From assembly GCA_010909165.1 (NCBI GenBank), contig MU008214.1, positions 186,001-250,000 on the forward strand: a stretch of DNA of 64,000 nucleotides, written 5' to 3'. Position 1 is the stretch's first letter. Each line of letters opens with the position of its first letter. Made by a program: the position numbers and the translations under genes. This document shows positions 12,400-24,278 of this stretch, in pieces. Source of the stretch: Anthoceros angustus. Its lineage: Eukaryota > Plantae > Anthocerotophyta. Below the pieces are notes generated by a model. That model had not been told where the DNA came from, did no database searches, and saw nothing but the letters and a program-made list of their open reading frames with translations.

Positions 12400-15300
12400 A
12401 AGACTGAGACGGACATAGTTCTGGAGGATTTCCGTAAACCGTGTTGCAACAAAGTATGTATTCAACGACTTTCGAGGAAGGTTTCCAGGAAGAGAGGCAA
12501 AGGTTCCTTAGGTTGGGAAGGTCTGAGCAGGAGACATTCCTAGAGACCCTTGTAAGACCTGACCATGGTTCGAATGGCAAAGACTGTACTTTCCTGAAGG
12601 CACCGGTTCCAATCAAGTGTTGCCTGAAATCCTTCAGAAGGGTGTATTGCATAGGGTCGGAAAGGTACGAGGAGGTGAAGGGCAGAGTACTGTTGAATTC
12701 ACCATGGGATTGTAGCAAGCCAAGCCCGGGTGAAATCCTCTCATGCATTGGGCGCTATTGCATGGATGGATGCAACATTTCTGCAATTGGCAGAGCGGCT
12801 GCCTAATGTTGAAGTCTACAATCTTCCTGACACTTTCACCAAACTAGAAGTGTGGACACAATACAAATGTGGCCTGGAGCAAAAAGGGCTGCAGTATATT
12901 TCGTATGCATACTTTCTGAGACTATGGGAGCAGAACTTCAAGCGCGTGAAGATACCCAAATCCAATCGGTTTTCAACATGTTCTCTTTGCGCCGGTCTAA
13001 AGTTCAACATTCGAAGCACTGGATCGCGGACAGATCAAGGTAAGCTCATCGCTCCACACCGTTTTTTCGGCATGGTATAAAGAGGGTGAAAGGTTAGACG
13101 TGACAGCGATGTGGGCCATCTGATATCTAACAGTGGAGCGTTGTGATGGTGGAGGTTGAACCTTGGTCAGAGGTACAACCGGTTCGGCCCCTGCAGAAGA
13201 AGGCGGCGGTTTGGCGAGCGCCATCGGGTGGGGAGAGGGAGGAGGCGCCCGGCATGCAGGCGCCCTCGGGGTCGTGGGAGGGAGAGGAGGCGCATGCATG
13301 CGCCTCATGGGTGGAGGGGTGTGCAGAGGGAGGCGGCGGCATGCGGGACCTAAACCCTAAAGGAGCTAGGGAGGCGCATGCCACAGCCCTCATTGAGGCG
13401 GAGGGGGGGCGCCCGGCATGCGGTGCCCTCGGGGGTTGTGGGAGGGAGAGAGGGAGGGCGCGGCATGCGCGCCTCATGGGTGGAGGGGTGCAGAGGGAGG
13501 AGAGGAGGCGGCGGCATGGGGACCTAAACCCTAAAGGAGCTAGGGAGGCGCATGCCGGCCCTCATTGAGGCGGAGGGAGGAGGCGCCCGGCATGCGCGCC
13601 TCATGTGTTGTGGGAGGGAGAGGAGGCGCATGCCGCCCTCATGGGTGGAGGGGTGTGCAATGGGGAGGAGGCGGCAACATGCGGGACCTAAACCCTAAAG
13701 GAGCTAGGGAGGCGGCATGCCGCCCTCATGGTGGAGGGGATTTAAGGACGCTGGGTCTGCCTGGGCCATACAACGGGTGGAACCCTAGGTTCGCCGTTGG
13801 GGGCATGACCCTTCCGAGGGTTGCCATCATGCTAGTGCCCCTTTGCCCCTACGGTTGACGATCGTCTAGACTCCAGCCTGATAGTAGAGTCGACCCCTTC
13901 GTCCATTGCATCGGAAATGAGGCGTTTGGGGGGAGGCTCGTTGGTTGGTCCTGGTTGCGATGACGTTATATTTCATGGATGGACACTGACATGATATTTG
14001 GTTGAAGGGCAGATATATATCGGGACGCGTTGAACAAACATCGCATAAAGCTTATGGAGGAGCGGAAGAAGTTGACAAAACATCGAACGAAAGGATACAC
14101 CGAGCCTCAGAAGTACATGTTGTTATGTATCGATGGCATGGATCAGAAAAAAACATCCTTACCGCATATACTTAGATGGCCTAAGGAGCTAAAGGAAGAA
14201 GTGGTATCCATGTGGTGGGGTGTATGATCCACAATCACATTCAAGTCCGTATGATCCACTACGCAAATTTGGAATGATGCTAATTTAACCATATGCATTA
14301 TCCAAGATGTGATACATACATATGTTGGCTTACTTCCCAAGGTTCTATATTTGCAACTGGACAACACATGTCGGAGAACAAGAATCAAGCTGCTTTGCTT
14401 ATCTCGAATATGCTCGTGGAGGGGACTTTGAAAAAGTGAAGGTGGGCTTTCTTCTTGTAGGTCACACACATGACCAGTGGACCAAATGTTCTCGTGTTTT
14501 TCCAAACATTTGAAGCACAAAGAGGCAAAACTCTTCCGTCATGCGGATATATTGAGCAAGGCTTTCACGCCAAACCCAGTGAAGGTCCCGACCGAGGTTC
14601 AGACTTCCGTTCTTTCGTCGGCCTTTGAAAGCGAGGGAAAGGAAAGCGCACGGAAGTTTAAAGCTGCGTTCGCAAGCTAAACAATCTATCATACCAACAC
14701 CGGTTCAAAATCACGCGGGAGGAAAAGTCGGGGGTAAAGTAACTGCTATTCGAGTAAATGATTCGACCTCACCGTTATGGGAAAGAAGATGGGCTGGAGT
14801 TCTTGTCTTTTATTCCAAATGAGATTGGACCTACAACCCCGCTAGCTCTGGTGCCAAGGACAAGAAAGGCGTTGATGGAAGCCTCACCACGGAAGGAGTA
14901 GACCACTTAAGAAAGGGTTTGCAAAAGCGTCAACATATCTAACATGGTGAGGAGGAGTGGTGGAGTGACTGGGAGGATCAAGAGGAGATCGCAACTATTG
15001 TGGACAATAACATCGGCCTTTATGCGAAAAGGCAGTGGAAGTGGTATGACAGATCGCAGATGCACTTGTACCACCTGTGCAGGTTCCGGAGGAGGCTATA
15101 TTGGACGAAGCCTTACTGCGAGACGTGCCTCAACGGGACATGTACTTGGGTGCTTACCAGAGTGTGGAAAGACGGGAACAAGAGGTCGAGCGGATGAATG
15201 GTGACATCATGGAGATAAAAAAAGGTATGTTTATTGTCACCCCTTGTGAGGGGACACTCACAACAGGGCATTCTGGGTTGCAAAGGTCTTGAGTGTGCAC

Positions 15301-15686
15301 ATGACCGCCGATGACCCCTACTTCCTGGTGCACTGGTGGCGAACCGAGCACCAGATGCATACGAGGGCAAGTATGTCGGGGAATACTTTGTTAGGACCCA
15401 GGAGGACAGAGAACTACCTCCTACCAACAAAGGTGCAAAAGCATGGAAGCCTCCCAACATTCAGAAGTTGTTTGTCCATAAGACAGTCATTGTGTACTAT
15501 GGGTTCAATCTCACTTCTAGGAAACATCTGTACGTGGCGGATAAAAAAGCTATCAAAGAGAAGTTAAGTGCCCTCCGTCCCCATCTTCAACCCTGCACTC
15601 CCTCAGCGGTGGACAGCGAGGATGATGGGGATGACGCAGTTCTTGGACATGGAGAACCCGACGGTCTCGAGTCAGGTGAGGAGTGA
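12400..15686 (+). mobile_element. Degenerate DDD-type transposase, Sola1-like / DUF7869-type, with an intron at ~13040-14012
   Basis: Exon 1: CCNKVC, CLKSFRRVY, YNLP..TKLEVW..Y, ISYAYFLRLW..FKRVKIPKSNRFSTCSLC, then GT donor at ~13040. After AG at ~14012: H..ER, LCIDGMDQKKTSLPH, LYLQLDNTC(RENKN), FLLVGHTHDQVDQMFS. C-terminal part to 15686 (FLVHWW, YYGFNLTSRKHL). Confidence 0.75.
13195..13760. repeat. GC/G-rich tandem array (~170-bp units), each with a telo-box TAAACCCTAAA, inside the transposase intron
   Basis: GGACCTAAACCCTAAAGGAGCTAGGGAGGCG recurs near 13346, 13520 and 13685; the GGGCGCGGCATGCGCGCC motif is shared with 9565-9630. Confidence 0.85.
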
Positions 15687-16614
15687 ATAACCGAATGGCT
15701 TCGAAATATATTCCAGTCATGGTCCGCTCCTAAGAACTTATGGCGCAACCCTTTTTTAACACCCTTTGCGATGGCATGCCGCATTCTTTCAGGACCACAT
15801 TTTGTGCGTCCATTCCTAGTGGCCCCTTCCATTGTCACCGGCTGCCATGGCTCGCTCGCTTAGTGGAATTCGTTTAATGGTAGCGCCACCCCAATGATTC
15901 CGTGAAACTTGGCAGCCCTTTCCAGCCAAGATGCCAAATTGTGGTTTTGTTGGGGTTCACAGGAACATGGTACACTACAAGAGATTTCTCCGCTCACGGC
16001 GGATATTAAAAGGCCATGTTGGACATGTTTGGTGCACAGGGAATGGCTAAGGGCCTTTGCCGCAAGGTGTGCGCATTATCAAAGGTATGGGCTCGAAGGG
16101 TGTGCGCATTATCAAAGGTATGTTTATTGTCACACCCTTCTACCATAGATGAACAGCACATTTTCCATACCTTCCCACCCTAGATGTGAACCAGATGCAA
16201 AAGTGGCTTGCATTCCCCTGCAGTATAAGACAATATATTGTAAACACTGTCGGCGGGTTTCCAGATCCCAGCACAAAGGGAGTGTGAAGTCGGTGCTAAA
16301 TCATTGCAAACCCCTCGGGAATGTCCCCACCTGACCCTTTTTGGCGCTGGTGCTCCTGGTAAATTTGAAGTAGAATGTGATTTTGACCATAATTTTGAAC
16401 ACATTATCCGGGACTACATACAGGAACAGCGATTTAGTGACCATCCACAACCTGGTTCAGCGTATATTCATGCATAAAGCCGCTTGATGTATATTCCGCC
16501 GGTTCAAATATTATGGTGTTAAGTGCATCTTTTATCAAAGGTATGGGCTCAGAAAGGGTGTGCGCATTATCAAAGTAGGGCAGATATGCTGTTGCAGGAA
16601 GGTTGTACATCGGA

Positions 16615-16663
16615 CAAGGGGGTGCTGTCTCGACCGAAGGGGGTTACTATATTGCCCCCTTTC
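16615..16663 (+). mobile_element. Putative DNA-transposon right terminus (AAGGGGGT..GAAGGGGGTT..CCCCCTTTC)
   Basis: Its reverse complement GAAAGGGGGCAATATAGTAACCCCCTTCGGTCGAGACAGCACCCCCTTG aligns with 62608 GAAGGGGGTTAATATCCGAACCCCCTTCCGCGAAATGAAAACCCCCTTAG. The sequence changes abruptly to a minisatellite after it. Confidence 0.55.
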
Positions 16664-16671
16664 AAAAATTA

Positions 16672-17190
16672 TCATGTTAGATGTTATGCTTTGATAGAAG
16701 GGCTAATTGATGATATGGTTTGATAGATGTTATGGTTTGATAGAAGGCTAATTGGGCATAGTTTAATATATGTTATGATTTGATAGAAAGGCTAATTGGT
16801 GATGTGGTTTGATAGAAGGGCTAATTGGGCATAGTTTAATAAATGTTATGATTTGATAGAAGGGCTAATTGGTGATATGGTTTGATAGATGTTATGGTTT
16901 GATAGAAGGGCTAATTGGGCATAGTTTGATAGATGTTATGATTTGATAGAGGGGCTAATTGGTGATATGGTTTGATAGATGTTATGGTTTGATAGAAGGG
17001 CTAATTGGTGATATGGTTTGATAGAAGGGCCCATCTGCCTATCTGCTATCAATCCGAATGATATGGTTTGATAGAAGGGCCCATGTGCCCATCTGCTATC
17101 AATCCAGATGATATCAAACTTATCAGTCCAGATGATATAGTTTGATAGATGTTATGGTTTGATAGAAGGGCTAATTGGGCATGGTCTATG
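16672..17190. repeat. AT-rich minisatellite (~43-bp unit GATAGATGTTATGGTTTGATAGAAGGGCTAATTGGGCATAGTTT and variants)
   Basis: About 10 directly visible degenerate tandem copies. Confidence 0.9.
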
Positions 17191-17584
17191 GTTCGACTAA
17201 CATGCCCTTATTCTGGCCAGCATAGTTAAGAATTTATAGTTTTAAACCCAAAATCATGGCAAATATCATTCAATTGTTGATCGTGAGTTTGAAATTACTC
17301 ATAACGTTATATTAATGGTTGCAAATTATAAAGGAATCAAAATGGTGAAGAGAGCTATGGCTCACTCAAGTTTCTTCCATTTTGTCGAGCTCATTGAAGG
17401 CCGCGACCATTGTATTGCGGAGGTCATAACTCCTGGGCATGTGTTTCAATCTTGGACACCATCTTTGCGATCGACCAAGGCTGTACATTGTGATTTGATA
17501 TGTGAAAGATGTCATATTTTTACTCTTTGAAACATACATTCAAATTAAACGATAGAGGAATGGGTTACTTGTTTCATAAAGGCA

Positions 17585-18559
17585 ATGATTCAAACCTGTG
17601 AAAGCCGAAACCCGGGCAGGCATGAACATCCTCGTACACCAAAGTGGCAAAGGAATGATGCATAGGCTACGATCACAGCTGCCAAGAGGGTTTCACATGA
17701 GCCTAATAGTATTGACAAACGTAAGGATAAGCAGATGATGGATACTGTTTTGCAGAGCCTTGTTGAGAAAACCACTAGTGATGAGTTGAGGATGATTGTG
17801 ATGCATGGTGTCGAGGAGGCACACACTGTTAGGGAGTCCATGCGGAAGTGGAGCAGGAAAGGGGGCTTGGTCTCATTTGTGTGGGACAAGACGAACATGA
17901 ATAATGACAAGGATGGATTTGAAACCGTGGAGTATGTTACAATGGGTTGGGGAGTAAAAAAGGCGTGCACAAGGGATAGGGTTGCAATGATGCCAAATGT
18001 CATGCATGGGACTTTTAACAATGGGAGGTCTGTCATCACCCATGAGACTGTTGTGAAGAAACCGGTGTACATATCACATGACAAGGTGATGGTATGCCCA
18101 TAGCAGAGGCCTCTGGGGCTAATGATGAAACTTATCAAAACCTTCTCCAAAGAGGGAGATTGGGTTTTGGATGCTTGGTCTGGTAGTGGGACAACTTTAT
18201 TGGCAGCCTTACTGTGCGGACGAAATTGTATTGCTATCGAGGCTGACTTGAGGTGTGTAGAATACGTTCCACAACGGATCCATGGGTACGAGGGTCTGCC
18301 AAATGCTGACAAAGAATTGACCTTCGAGGCCCACTGCAGAGGACTTGCACAATTTTGGGCAAAGGAGGTATGTATCAGCGAGAAGGACTCTTTGAAAGCA
18401 CAGGTGGTTTTTTTGAGTGCTCGTCGGATGAAGACCAAAACTAGAGCGTTCTTAGCAGAGGGCCAACAAATCCTTGATAATGTATGGCAGCCTTCCCCAC
18501 CTCTTGATGACGACGACACTGGCGTGAATGAAGACGCGAGGGCTTTGGGTGAGAACTAA
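17585..18559 (+). pseudogene. Prokaryote-type beta-class N4-cytosine/N6-adenine DNA methyltransferase (N6_N4_Mtase-like), copy 1, disrupted
   Basis: Intronless. LPRGF (motif IV region, shifted frame), FVWDK, VEYVTMGW, CP*QRPLGLMMKLIKTFSKEGDWVLDAWSGSGTTLLAALLCGRNCIAIEAD. This matches the HPxQKP..L..LI...S..GD.VLDPF.GSGTT..AA...GR..IGIE (motifs X-I-II) order of beta-class amino-MTases. In-frame TAG at 18101; 3' end abuts a Copia LTR. Confidence 0.85.
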
Positions 18560-18562
18560 GTA

Positions 18563-20383
18563 TGTCGTGGTCAAAAATAAGGAAGGCGCTATCCACTATC
18601 GCCTCGCAGGACGAGTGTCTCTTTCCATCCATGGTGGATGATATTCATATCTTAAGACTAGGGACAAGGTCGGAAGGCGTTGAACTCTTCTCCTCATAGC
18701 TATCCCGCCTGGGTTTGAGGGTCAAGATCCTGAAGTGCAAGGTTTGGTCCCCGTCGAGCATCACTCCCTCTCTTCAATATCCTAGGGGAACATTGTTTCA
18801 GCAGGACTTCACCTCTTGGGGTCTCGGTGGGAATCCGGACTTTGTCTGTGGTTTTGTCCATCTTGCTGGGAGGCTTTGCCCACATCGACCTCTTCACTAG
18901 GGACCTCATGTGGCATTTGGCATCCTTTCTTCTTGCTTGGCTAAGATACCTCACCGTAATGGTTGCTCCCTCCCAGATTTCTATCAAGCTTGGGGAAGTT
19001 CGTGATAAAATAGCTTACTATTAGGGCACTCTTCACTAGGGCACCTAGGACTTAATAATTAATTTAGTCCTTAGGGCTCTAGGTAGTTTCTTTAGTAGTT
19101 ATTTAATTGGTTAGTTGTTACAACAACCTTGCCTACATAAAGGCATGTACTTTCTATTATGAATGTAATGCAACACATATTGCTTGAGCTTGTGTATGAT
19201 TCTCATCATGGTATCGAGCACACTTGCTCTTTGTTTGCTTGTGCATCCTCATGCATCTAAGTAGCTTATCTAGGAGACACTTTCTAATCTAGCATTTGCC
19301 TAGATGGATTGTGTTTATCCTAGAATTGCTATCTTTGCATGCATTCTTTTATGCTAACATTTCTCTTCTAACAATGCTTTTATGCACTAATTCTTTGTCC
19401 TTCCTCCATGGATTTGTGTTCCTTAGAAGGAGAAGGCATAGAGTTAAGAAGAGAAGTAGTCTGCAAGACAACAAGAACAAATTAGGAGCCCAACACATAG
19501 AAGCAATAGAAGACAACAAGCTATAGAGGGAGAGATAGAAACCTCCTCTTGTATAGCAAACTTCATTGCATCTATTTAATTTCTAAACCGGATCAAGGGA
19601 AGTTTATCAAGCTAGCTAGACGTGATTTGCTAGAAGTTTTTAGTCCAATTCACGTCAAGGCATTAGAATTAGCTCTCCAACATATCCCAAATTTGAATGT
19701 GGTATTAGTACTCCTTTATCTTCTAGTCTGCAAGACAAAATAGCATAGAAACTCTTAGATTTCAAGAAATTGATAGTCAATTAGCAACTCTTAGAATCCA
19801 ATCCTTTGATCTTAAGGAGAATTATCTGAATTAAGGACAAAATTGTCTATTCTCTCTAAGGTTGATAATGCGCAGAGATTTGAGAGCATGCTATCATCAT
19901 CCGAATCGATTATGATGCAAGAGAAGAGTTTCGCGTGCAATAGAGAAGATGAGAGTATCTGCGAGGCCTAGTCCTCTAAATCACCTACAATGGCTGGAGT
20001 GATCAATGATGAAGAACAAACTGCTCCTAATTCCCCATTGGGTAATGATAATGCTAACACTTCATTGCATTATCATTATGGTGACGATTTCAAAGAGAAA
20101 GATAGATTCAATGGAAGGATTATGACATCCGGTCATTGAGAATGCGAGGAGCTTTGCGGCAAAGAGACCTTTGGGGCATCGTCGATGGATCAATTCCAAG
20201 GCCACACGCCCGATTTGAACGTGAACTTCAACCTTCCGGGACGCCAGGACGAGAAGGCACAAGATTTATTGGTCGGTGGACTTTCTCAACATATGGTGAG
20301 ACATGTCGCACGCAAAGACCTCCAAGGATATGTGGACTCACCTTGCTCAATTATATTCATCTCGAGATGTAATGAGTATTGTT
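18563..20383 (+). mobile_element. Copia LTR retrotransposon 5' part (LTR 18563-19208, PBS, leader, start of gag), copy 1
   Basis: TG..CA LTR followed by tRNA-Met-type PBS TGGTATC(A)GAGC at 19209. gag from ~19990: RFNG(R)DYDI..LRMRGALRQRDLWGIVDGSIPRP..DEKAQDLL (Copia gag N-terminal type). Confidence 0.8.
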
Positions 20384-20457
20384 GCAGCCTTCCCCACCTC
20401 TTGATGGCCGACCTTGGCGTGAATGAAGACGCGAGGGCTTTGGGTGAGAACTAAGTA

Positions 20458-22508
20458 TGTCGTGGTCAAAAATAAGGAAGGCGCTATCACTGTCCCTCGC
20501 CATGATACCAGTGTCTCTTTCCATCCATGGTGGATGATATTCATATCTTAAGACTAGGGGACAAGGTCGGGAAGGCGTTCGAACTCTTCTCCTCATAGCT
20601 ATCCCGCCTGGGTTTGAGGGTCAAGATCCTGAAGTGCAAGGTTTGGTCCCCGTCGAGCATCACTCCCTCTCTTCAATATCCTAGGGGGAACATTGTTTCC
20701 GCGCAGGGACTTCACCTCTTGGGGGTCTCGGTGGGAATCCCGGACTTTGTTCAGGGTTTTGTCCATGCTGCTTTGGGGGAGGCTTTGCCCACATCGGCGA
20801 CCTCTTTCAGCTAGGGGACCCTCATGTGGCATTTGGCATCCTTTCTTCTTGCTTCGCGCGTTGGCTAAGATACCTCACCAGAATGGTTGCTCCCTCCCCA
20901 GTATTTCTATCAAGCTTGGGGAAGTTCGTGATAAAATAGCTTACTATTAGGGCACTCTTCACTAAGGCACCTAGGACTTAATAATTAATTTAGTCCTTAG
21001 GGCTCTAGGTAGTTTCTTTTAGTAGTTATTTAATTGGTTAGTTGTTACAACTACCTTGCCTACATAAAGGCATGTACTTTCTATTATGAATGTAATGCAA
21101 CACATATTGCTTGAGCTTGTGTATGATTCTCATCATGGTATCGAGCACACTTGCTCTTTGTTTGCTTGCATCCTCATGCATCTAAGTAGCTTATCTAGGA
21201 GACACTTTCTAATCTAGCATTTGCCTAGATGGATTGTGTTTATCCTAGAATTGCTATCTTTGCATGCATTCTTTTATGCTAACATTTCTCTTCTAACAAT
21301 GCTTTTATGCACTAATTCTTTGTCCTTCCTCCATGGATTTGTGTTCCTTAGAAGGAGAAGGCATAGAGTTAAGAAGAGAAGTAGTCTGCAAGACAACAAG
21401 AACAAATTAGGAGCCCAACACATAGAAGCAATAGAAGACAACAAGCTATAGAGGGAGATAGAAGAAACCTCCTCTTGTATAGCAAACTTCATTGCATCTA
21501 TTTAATTTCTAAACCGGATCAAGGGAAGTTTATCAAGCTAGCTAGGCGTGATTTGCTAGAAGTTTTTAGTCCAATTCACGTCAAGGCATTAGAATTAGCT
21601 CTCCAACATATCCCAAATTTGAATCTGGTATTAGTACTCCTTTATCTTCTAGTGCAAGACAAAATAGTATAGAAACTCTTAGATTTCAAGAAATTGATCA
21701 TCAATTAGCAACTCTTAGAATCCAATCCTTTGATCTTAAGGGAGCATTATCTGAATTAAGGACAAAATTGTCTATTCTCTCTAAGATTGATAATGCGCAG
21801 AGATTCGAGAGTATGCTATCATCATCCGAATCAGATTATGATGCAAGAGAAGAGTTTCGCGCGTGCAATAGAGAAGATCAGAGGTCATGCGAGGCCTAGT
21901 CCTCTAAATCACCTACAATGGCTGGAGTGATCAATGATGAAGAACAAAGCTGTTCCTAATTCCCCATTGGGTAATGATAATGCTAACACTTCATTGCATT
22001 ATCATTATGGTGACGATTTCAAAGAGAAAGATAGATTCAATGGAAGGGATTATGACATCGGTCATTGAGAATGCGAGGAGCTTTGCGGCAAAGAGACCTT
22101 TGGGGCATCGTCGATGGATCAATTCCAAGGCCACACGCCCGATTTGAGCGTGAACTTCAACCTTCACGGGACGCCGAGGCGAGAAGGCACAAGATTTATT
22201 GGTCGGTGGACTTTCTCAACATATGGTGAGACATGTCGCACGCAAAGACCTCCAAGGATATGTGGACTCACCTTGCTCAATTATATTCATCTCGAGATGT
22301 AATGAGTATTGTTGCAGCTTCACGTAACTTCTGCAACCTCTCAATGAAGGAGTCCAACACCATCGAACATCATGTTAATGCTTTTCGATTGGCACGATCT
22401 CATTTGGAATCTTCAATTGGCGTACCTATCTCATGGAGGCTTACGTCATTCTCTTATTTTCTTTGCCACCTTCTTACAGGGCCTTCATTACAACTCAAAA
22501 TGCAGTGA
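20458..22508 (+). mobile_element. Copia LTR retrotransposon 5' part, copy 2 (LTR 20458-21135, PBS 21136, truncated gag 21918-22508)
   Basis: Near-identical duplicate of 18563-20383. gag continues HAKTSKDMWTHLAQLYSSRD..LSMKESNTIEHHVNAF (Retrotran_gag_2-like). Confidence 0.8.
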
Positions 22509-22509
22509 T

Positions 22510-22700
22510 TGTTAAATATATCTTGCAATTAGCTAGAACACCTAGGCTAGAGAGCAAGACTCAAAACGAATGTTTTATAAATGAATAAAGATGTCCTTAT
22601 ATACAAAATTGTAAGTGTCTTCTGAGTTAGATAAACTAACCTGTGATTAATCTATCTTGAGTAAATTAGTGTTGGGTTTAATCCCCCAACACTCCCACTA
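22510..22700 (-). mobile_element. Short LTR (TGTT..AACA, ~182 bp) with adjacent polypurine tract; LTR-element 3' remnant
   Basis: TGTT at 22510 and AACA ending at 22691, followed by CTCCCACTA (minus-strand TAGTGGGAG PPT). Confidence 0.55.
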
Positions 22701-23009
22701 AACCCAAACGAGGTTTACACACTTTACTCCGCACAGGCAACAATCATTTAGAAGCATTACGCCCGCCTACCAATTGAGTGACAAAGTACATCACATGGAG
22801 CTCCTGACCGCGTTCCTCTTATGTTGCGCATATGGGCCGCTAAAAGATATAAACTTCTCTACGCCACCCTAATTGTGTGCCTTCTTCTGAAGGGCATGCT
22901 CAAATATGGCATTTCAATGCCCATCAAAAACCCCATTCCGCGTACATTCACGTCAAAAGCCGCTTAATGTATATTCAGCCGCTTCAAATATTATCGTGTT
23001 GGAGAGCAG

Positions 23010-23305
23010 AGTTCTTCCGCACATACAGCCTGCAAAATGGCATATCGCTTAGGGTGGATTTATTTCTGACTAGGGAGGATCAAATCTCTATTGCAGATGC
23101 CATCATATCAGACCCTACCCGGCACACTGTTTGTGAGCACATCATCAAGCCTCAGGGTTGGGCAACAGAGAGATGTGCAACATCCAAAGTACAAAAGTAC
23201 ACACCTATGCAGGACGGCCATGCCTTCATCCCCCTCGGCATTGAGACCCACCGGGTCATGGGCAAAGATTTCGGACGGATCATGAAGGATTGTGCAAAGC
23301 CTACC
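23010..23305 (+). mobile_element. CRE-like non-LTR retrotransposon fragment, restriction-like endonuclease domain
   Basis: RVDLFL..IADAIISDP..KVQKY..FIPLGIETHRVMG is an RLE (PD..D, KxxKY, PxxxETxG) signature. Confidence 0.7.
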
Positions 23306-23309
23306 ATGG

Positions 23310-24060
23310 TGCCACGGCGAAGAGGGCACCCCCCGGGGTCCCCTTATCTCATGTTGTTGCCGAGTCAGGCACGGATACCCCTTCGGTAGATGGCCCATGT
23401 TGAAAGTAGAGGTTAGATGGAGAACCATAAAAAGAGCGGACAAATGGAATAAGACTTGCCAATTGCCTGCCCGCATCCTTGAGCTCCGTAAAAATAGCCA
23501 TCCTAAAGACAGTGTTGAAAGCGTTCGACGTCCATTTGGAGGGCGACCCAATCTGGATGAGACTCCAAAACCGCCTCGACTCTAAACGCCGCCGACTCAC
23601 AGCCCCCTAGAGTGGCAATCCCAGATTGATGGGGGCAAAGGTGCTCTTGGAACTGCCCCCGGAGTTGAATGGCAATGCTGCGGCTTATGAGGCGCAAGAA
23701 CTCCTCCCGAACGGCGATAGGGCACACCTGTATTGGCTTCTCCAAAGCGATTCTACCGCACCCAACACATGAGAAACGGTGGGGTCACTCCGCAACGAGC
23801 GCCGCTAGAATAAAAGCTCGAAAAACCACTAGAAGGATCCTGAGCAAATAATCCCGAAGGTGGTCATAGACCGCCATGCACCACAAGAAAGCCGTGGTGC
23901 AGGGCCTGGTCAAGACCGCCTTGTCAAGACAAAAGGCTCCTCCACCACGTAATCTAGGATATCCAAGGAATGAGGTCACATGGGCCGGATGAAGGCGCGA
24001 GAGTAGCAATGGTCTCCTGAGGCTAGCGCCATCGCCTTTGGGCGAAGAGCCTGTAGCCCG
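23310..24060 (-). mobile_element. CRE-like non-LTR retrotransposon fragment, reverse transcriptase N-terminal region
   Basis: CPIAVREEFLRLISR, QSGIATLGGCE, ALQMDV/NAFNTV, FVRSFYGSPSNLY, and the GDP motif region; frameshifted. Confidence 0.75.
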
Positions 24061-24278
24061 GCATATTCCCTAGCACGGCCAAAGATGAGGCATCTCAAGT
24101 CACGCCTTGGTGGGGTCTGGACGGACGTGATCCACCTTACGACTCCCTAGACCTCCGACGCCCCTTGCCTCCCTCCCCTCTGCAGCCTCCCATTCCCCGG
24201 CCGAACTGACAGACAGTGCAGCCACCTCCTATGTCCTAAAAGACCACTGAGGCTAAGACACCGAGGAGAAAGAGAAAC

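Noticed and set aside
17590-18519. 309-aa minus-strand ORF
   Set aside because: Antisense shadow of the + strand methyltransferase; no motifs of its own.
17585-18559. Bacterial contamination or a restriction-modification system as the source of the MTase
   Set aside because: No cognate endonuclease or operon; both copies are interleaved with plant LTR/LINE elements on a contig carrying spliced plant genes.
18563-21135. Complete two-LTR element (TRIM/LARD)
   Set aside because: Both LTRs are followed by a PBS and preceded by the same MTase flank; there is no PPT or TSD. It is a tandem duplication.
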